Part shown: piece by piece, positions 56,025 through 61,503 of the stretch
Numbering within the stretch: position 1 is the first letter of the stretch
Layout of the letters: every line of letters starts with the position of its first letter
From: Xylographa opegraphella
Taxonomy: Eukaryota
Length of the DNA: 61,503 nucleotides
Reading direction: 5' to 3'
Assembly: GCA_022813865.1 (NCBI GenBank)
Contig: JALDZX010000085.1
Location: forward strand, 1 to 61,503
Program-made: the position numbers and the translations under genes
Notes under the pieces: model-generated
Told to the model about the DNA's origin: nothing
The model's database searches: none
Seen by the model: only the letters and a program-made list of their open reading frames with translations

Positions 56025-56236
56025 TGTGAGATACAAGGTTTTGGACTCGAGGTACTAAGCGTATTTTGATCTATCAAGCTGAAATTAAGGAGGGAAGTGT
56101 TCAGGACCGCAGGTTCTGATCATATATATATTGGACTTCCTAAATGGGAAGCCACGCCCAGGATGCGGGCAGCCAAAAGCCACGCCCAGAATGCAGACAG
56201 GCAGGCCGAATGTCACTTCGAATTCTGCATCTTACA
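56025..56236. mobile_element. Unmutated solo LTR (212 bp)
   Basis: Termini TGTGAGAT...ATCTTACA; perfect TSD GAATC at 56020-56024 and 56237-56241. Normal GC content with CpA/TpG retained. Contains TATATATA and two AAGCCACGCCCA copies. Confidence 0.95.
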
Positions 56237-59200
56237 GAATCGTATATAAATTCGTTTTTTTAAATACTAAAAATATTTATTTTTAAAGTGTTTATTTTAA
56301 ATTTAAATATTATAACAAACTTTTTCTATATAATTAAAATTATTCAATTTTTTTAATAGATTTTGCAATAAACGCGTATGCAAGCATTATTATATATTAT
56401 ATTGTAATACAAATATTCTAGATTTATTTAATAATTTTAATTTTTTTTTTAATATTTATCGACGTTATTAACTCGTTAATTTTTTTATAAATTTAATTTT
56501 TTATAAATTTAATTTTTAAAATTATTTAATTCGTTGTTTTAATTCTCGAAATCTTTTTCGATTTGGAATTTATTGACGTTTAAATCGTTTTTCGGTTATT
56601 ATTAATTTTTATTTAAAAGCTATTTATATGATATTAAATATAAATCTTTTATAAATTATTCTTTTCGTACGTTTTATTAATATTAATTTAATCGCTTAAA
56701 GTTAAAATAAGTTTTATACTTTTTTTGTATAAAAATAGATAATTATTTTTTTAAATTTCGATTTTATTAAAATTTTTACATATATCTTTATTTATGATTT
56801 AGATATTTTATTTTTCGATCGATAATTTTTGATTATATAGTGAATCTTTTTATATACTTAATAAATAATTCTGATTTTTCATTTTGTAGACATTGTTTTC
56901 TAAGCCCTTGTTTTTGGTTTTAAAATACATTTATTTTTTAATATAAATTTATAAAATTTTAACTTTTCATATAGTTTTTTTTAAATCGTTTTTTTAATAA
57001 TTAACTTTTGCTGTACCTTCGATTTCGTGTCTACGTTTTATAATTTTCTATATAATTTATTATTAATTTTTATATATTTCTCAATTATTTAATTTATAAT
57101 TTTAATCACGATATTATTTTTTATTAATTTAATTTTTATCGAATCTTTAAATCCTTTACGATACATTATAATTCAAAGTATTATTATTTTGTTTAATTTA
57201 ACTCACGTATTATTAAAATCGAGTTAAATATTTGGTGTAAAAATTTTTTATTTAAAATATTATATAATTGGTATAGTTATATTATTTTCGTTTAATAATA
57301 TAAAGATATTTTTAATTTCGATTTTAAATATCGTAAAGTTTTTTAATTATTTAAAATCTTTATTATTAAAATTTTTAAAATATTTTTTAAAATAAAAGAT
57401 AACCTAATTTTAAACTTGTTTTAATATATAAATAATAACGAAAAACGGGTTTTAAAGATTGAAAACGCTGTTTCTTGAAAATTTGAAAAATATATTTATT
57501 TATATAAATTAATTTACTAGGTAATTTTAATTTTTTTATTTTTATTCTTATTTTTTTTTATTAACGCGATTACTTTTAGAGTATTTTTTATTGTTTTTTT
57601 ATAACATTTAGGGGTGAATTTAATTGTATCTTCAATATATTTATTTAAAAATATTAAAAATACTACGATTCTGAATTTTATCAATATAATTTAATTAAAA
57701 TTTTAGATTAAATTCGTTGATAAATAAATAAAAAAGCATAATAATAAACTTATTATTTTTCAAAAAAAATAATAGTTTTCGTACAAGGTTATATTAAAAG
57801 TTATATTTTAGAAAACAAATTATAATATAAGTTAAACACGCCTTTTATAATAAAAACAATTTTTATTTTATTAAAAAATTCTGTTTAAAGTGTTTTTTAT
57901 ATTTTAAATATTTATAACTTCAAGTATCAAGGGCATCAAGGGTATCGACTCGAGATATATTTCAAAAGTTAATTATTTTAAATTTAGTTTACTTTGTAAA
58001 GGTGTAAGTCTTAACAAAACTTTAAAAAAATTATAAATATCGAAACTTTAATTGTTTCATTATTATTACATTTAAATAAAGAATTATTTAAAAAAAATTT
58101 AATTTTATTATTATTTTATCGATATAAACTCTCCGTTTATTACTGTTGTACAGCAAATGAAAAATTATACTACTTTTAAAATCTCGTTGAAATAGTTTTT
58201 AAATTATAATAAATTTAAATATTTAAAATTCAGATTAATAAATATAAAAAATACCTTCGAACGAAATTTATATATTTTTTTAATGCAATAAAGCTCGAGT
58301 TTTATACGTTTTGAGTAATTTAAAAAATTAATTTATAATAAAATAATAATAATAATTTATTAAAATAAAAGAATTCTACTTCGTAATTATTTTATAATAT
58401 TATTTTAAGGCTTAAATAAAGAAATACGATTAAAAATATTAATATACTTGAATTAATTAATTCGAGAGTTTACTAATAATTTTCAAAAAAACTTAGTAAA
58501 ACAAAATGAAACGATTATATTATTTATACTATTTTTAGGTTAAAATTATTTAAAATAATAATAAATCGTATTGTAACAAATTATTTCCTTAAGCTAATCT
58601 AAAAGTACGCGATTTTTGTATATAGCGTCAATAAATAGTACGTTTAATGAAAATTAAATAATACGTAAATAAAAAAAATAAAGAAATACGCTTGAAGAAA
58701 TATTTTAAATATTATTATTATTATATTAAACAAAAATTTTTAAAAATAAAAACACTTAAAGAATAACGAGCGCGATTGTTAATTAAAAAATAATTTAAAT
58801 GAATATTATAATTCTATTAAATATTTTATTAATAATTATAATATAAAGTTAAATAATTTTACTACGAAGAGTATTTCGCCGCGAAAGTAAGAGTATCGTA
58901 AAAAATACGTTTTCAGTTTTAAATAGTTTATATTTAATAATTTTAATTAATTTTAATTATTTTATTATTTAAACTTATACGCAAATTATTATTTTAAATT
59001 ATTCAATTAATTGTAACGCAACGGCAAATTTCGTTTTACGTATATGAATTAATATATAAATTTTAAAGTTCGTAAATTTAGCAGCTCTTGCAGTTTAAAA
59101 ATAAATTAATAAATTAAAATTTGTAAATAATCATTATTTTATTATTATAAAATTTAAGGCATTTGAATACGAATAACTTTTTTAAATAATAATTTTATTA

Positions 59201-59324
59201 AAATACGATATAATTTTTAAATTGTTATAATTTATAAAAAACAACTTAAATATTGACTGGAAAATCTAAAGTATTTTATCAGAAAAAAAAGATTTATATT
59301 ATTCATAAATATAAATATTTATTA

Positions 59325-59513
59325 TGTTGAAAATCAGGGCGTTAGCAGTCTGTGTTGTTGGTCCTTTACTATAGCCGATTAGGCCTAGCTTAGTNNNNNN
59401 NNNNNNNNNNNNNNNTGGAGCCCCGTCTCCAGAAGAACTCTTCACCTTCTTAGTGATTAAGCAATGCACTGTTACCTGCTGCCATTACCTGTGCCTAGTG
59501 ATTAGTTTCAATA
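59325..59513. mobile_element. GC-rich LTR, either solo or a collapsed element, containing gap N 59395-59415
   Basis: Termini TGTTGAAA...TTTCAATA and a sharp GC contrast with the flanks; ATTA on both sides. Confidence 0.75.
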
Positions 59514-61441
59514 ATTAAAATTATAAATTAAATAATCAAAAAATAATAAAAATCGATAACAAACTATACGAAAAAATTATAAATTATAAATATAAAATTA
59601 AAGGTATAGTAGGAACCAATTATTAAAAAAACGATTTTAAAAGGAAAAAAATATTACATAAAACGCCAAACCTTAATAAACTTACACCAATAAAAATCAA
59701 CGTATTTTAAAAGTAAAAGCAAAAATTTGATAAATAATACCTACGAAAAAAAACAGGAATTATTTATTATATATATATAAAATCCGGCTTTATTGTTAAA
59801 ACCGTCGATTAAAAAATAAAATAATTAAATTATAAATAAATATATACCTGAAATTTTTGATGAAATCGAAATTTAAAAAAAATTAACTATTTTTATGTAA
59901 AAGAAAAAATATATAATTTATTTTAATTTCAAGCAATCAAATTAGTACTAATTAAATATACGAAAAAATTCAATTTATAAATTTTTTATATTTAATATAG
60001 AATAAATAGTTTTTAAGTCAATATTAATAATAATTAAAAAGCGACTTAAACGTTAATAATTTATAAATTAAAAAATTTAAAAAATTAAAACGTTAAATTA
60101 AATAATCTCGAAATTTTTTTTAAAAAAGTTAACGAGTCAATAACGTCGATAAAAATTAGAAAAATAAATATATAAAATGATCGAATAAATTTGAAATATT
60201 TATAGTATAGTATAATTATAATAGTATTTAAACGAGTTTTTACGATAAGATCTATTAAAAAAATCATAAATATAATAATTATACAGGAAAAGTTTATTGT
60301 AGTATTTAAATTTAGAATGAATATTTTAACAATAAATACTTTTAATATTTAAAAGAAAAACGAAAATATTTATAATTTCTAGAATATATATAAGAATTTT
60401 ACTATAATTCTATTGTATACGAAACTCGTTTAAAAGAAAAAAAACTGCGAAGATTATAATAACAGTATTTCGATTAAAAATGTTCAATATATATAGAAAT
60501 TAAAGACATTTACGACTATTTTAAGCAGAAAAAAAAGTGATATTATATATTACAAAAAAATATATAAAGATTCATATAATATACTTTAAAATATACTGGA
60601 AGAAATTAAACTGTATAAATTTTATAAAAAATTTAATTAAAATAAATGATTATCGAACAATCGTATTATTAAAGATTAAAATGAATTCGAATTCGAATTA
60701 TATATTCAGTATTTTCGCGGAAAACTGCGGCTTCGAGTCTTCAATTTTAAAATAAATTTAAATAATAATAATCGACGGGTTATTAAAAAACGGTTTATAA
60801 ACCTATTTTCTGTCGCTGTTTATTAATATTATTAAAAAATAGTTTTTAATATAATTATTATGGCCAGGTACTATATTGTTTTAAATTTATGTTAATAAAT
60901 TAAATACAACATATTTTTAAACTATAACAAAAATGTATTTACGAAAAAATATATTAATCGCGTTATTAATATATATTTTAGATATTGATACAGAACGATA
61001 GTAAATAAAAAAAACTAAAAATCGATCAAAGGTATAAAAATTTTAAAAATTTTATTTTCGAATAAAAACGATTTTACTCGAGAATTCGATTCGATACGTA
61101 TTAGCAAAAATTAATAAAATGAATATAATTAAAGTTTAAAAAAAATCAACGCATTTTTGAATGTTTCTAAAAAGTATAGAATATAAATATAACTCTTTTA
61201 AAAAAAAGGAAGGGTTTAACGCTGTATTTAAATACTAATTTTAAAATTGCGGCATCAATCTCGAACTAGGAAAAAAATTAACATTTAAATTTATATATAA
61301 TATATCAAAAAAAGTTTCTAGAATTTTATAAATACATTAACAAAAACTTGAAAAAAAAATTTATATAAAAATTTTAAATTTTAGCAGAATACTTTATAAT
61401 ATTTATATTTGAAAAAGATAAAAGTTTAAAACCTTATATCG
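59514..61441 (+). mobile_element. Degraded Ty3/Gypsy gag-pol fragment
   Basis: TPIKIN ~59685 (=PMEID), knuckle relic ELFIIY...KSGFIVK ~59757, NRRVIKN ~60771 (RT LN..T.KN.YP-like). Confidence 0.55.
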
Positions 61442-61503
61442 TGTTAAGGTTCCACCCAGCACCGGGTAGTTCGGGTACGGAAAGGACCCTAACAGGAATG
61501 CTC
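61442..61503 (+). mobile_element. Start of a GC-rich, probably young LTR running off the window
   Basis: Abrupt switch to GC-rich sequence beginning TGTTAAGG. Confidence 0.55.

Larger units (their letters stand above)
51071..58016 (-). mobile_element. Full-length RIP-inactivated chromoviral Ty3/Gypsy element (Gypsy-3)
   Basis: 5' LTR ~57681-58016 (minus-strand start TGTTAAGAC). 3' LTR 51071-52060 is interrupted by a MITE. TSD GAGTT/AAACT (both derivable from GAGCT). Minus-strand motifs: KTAFR...IFFKLINIL ~54870-54805 (=MPFGLTNAP), QKYKFNKNEVVFL ~54620, YYLQTDG*TKRIN ~53275, and chromodomain QGQNYLIK*...NNT*ELLTNFKNY ~52720-52640. Confidence 0.9.
50170..59170 (+). mobile_element. Unclassified repeat, right copy of the inverted pair (50170-51070 + 58017-59170), split by the chromovirus
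   Basis: Colinear with the left copy across both insertion sites. Confidence 0.8.

Noticed and set aside
3885..60755. All ORFs in the supplied track as real genes
   Set aside because: They are short, I/K/F/L/N/Y-biased chance frames in RIP'd DNA. A few (e.g. 23720-23953) overlap TE relics but none is intact.
1..61503. Organellar, AT-rich bacterial or alternative-genetic-code genome
   Set aside because: No rRNA, tRNA or respiratory genes are seen, and the stops and AT bias are explained by transitions in recognisable fungal retroelements.

Overview
A gene-free, extremely AT-rich block from what looks like a filamentous ascomycete genome. It is built almost entirely of nested transposon relics destroyed by C->T/G->A hypermutation of the RIP type; most surviving G+C sits in CpG. 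None of the supplied ORFs is an intact gene. Reversing the transitions by eye, I can reconstruct: two Tad-like LINE relics; two full-length Ty1/Copia elements (2757-8297, 26603-32014); a Ty3/Gypsy element (9084-20128) hosting a nested gag+protease-only LTR element (11169-15454); a pol-less LTR element (44501-48273); and a minus-strand chromovirus (51071-58016) containing a TIR MITE, an unmutated solo LTR and an antisense Zn2Cys6-like ORF relic. There are also two more Gypsy fragments, two young GC-rich LTRs, several satellites and two large inverted-repeat structures, one with about 2 kb arms each split by a later LTR insertion. All alignments and translations were done by eye, so boundaries without a TSD are approximate. 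I see no convincing new functional system. The best leads are the antisense Zn2Cys6 ORF, the gag-PR-only element and the inverted pairs.
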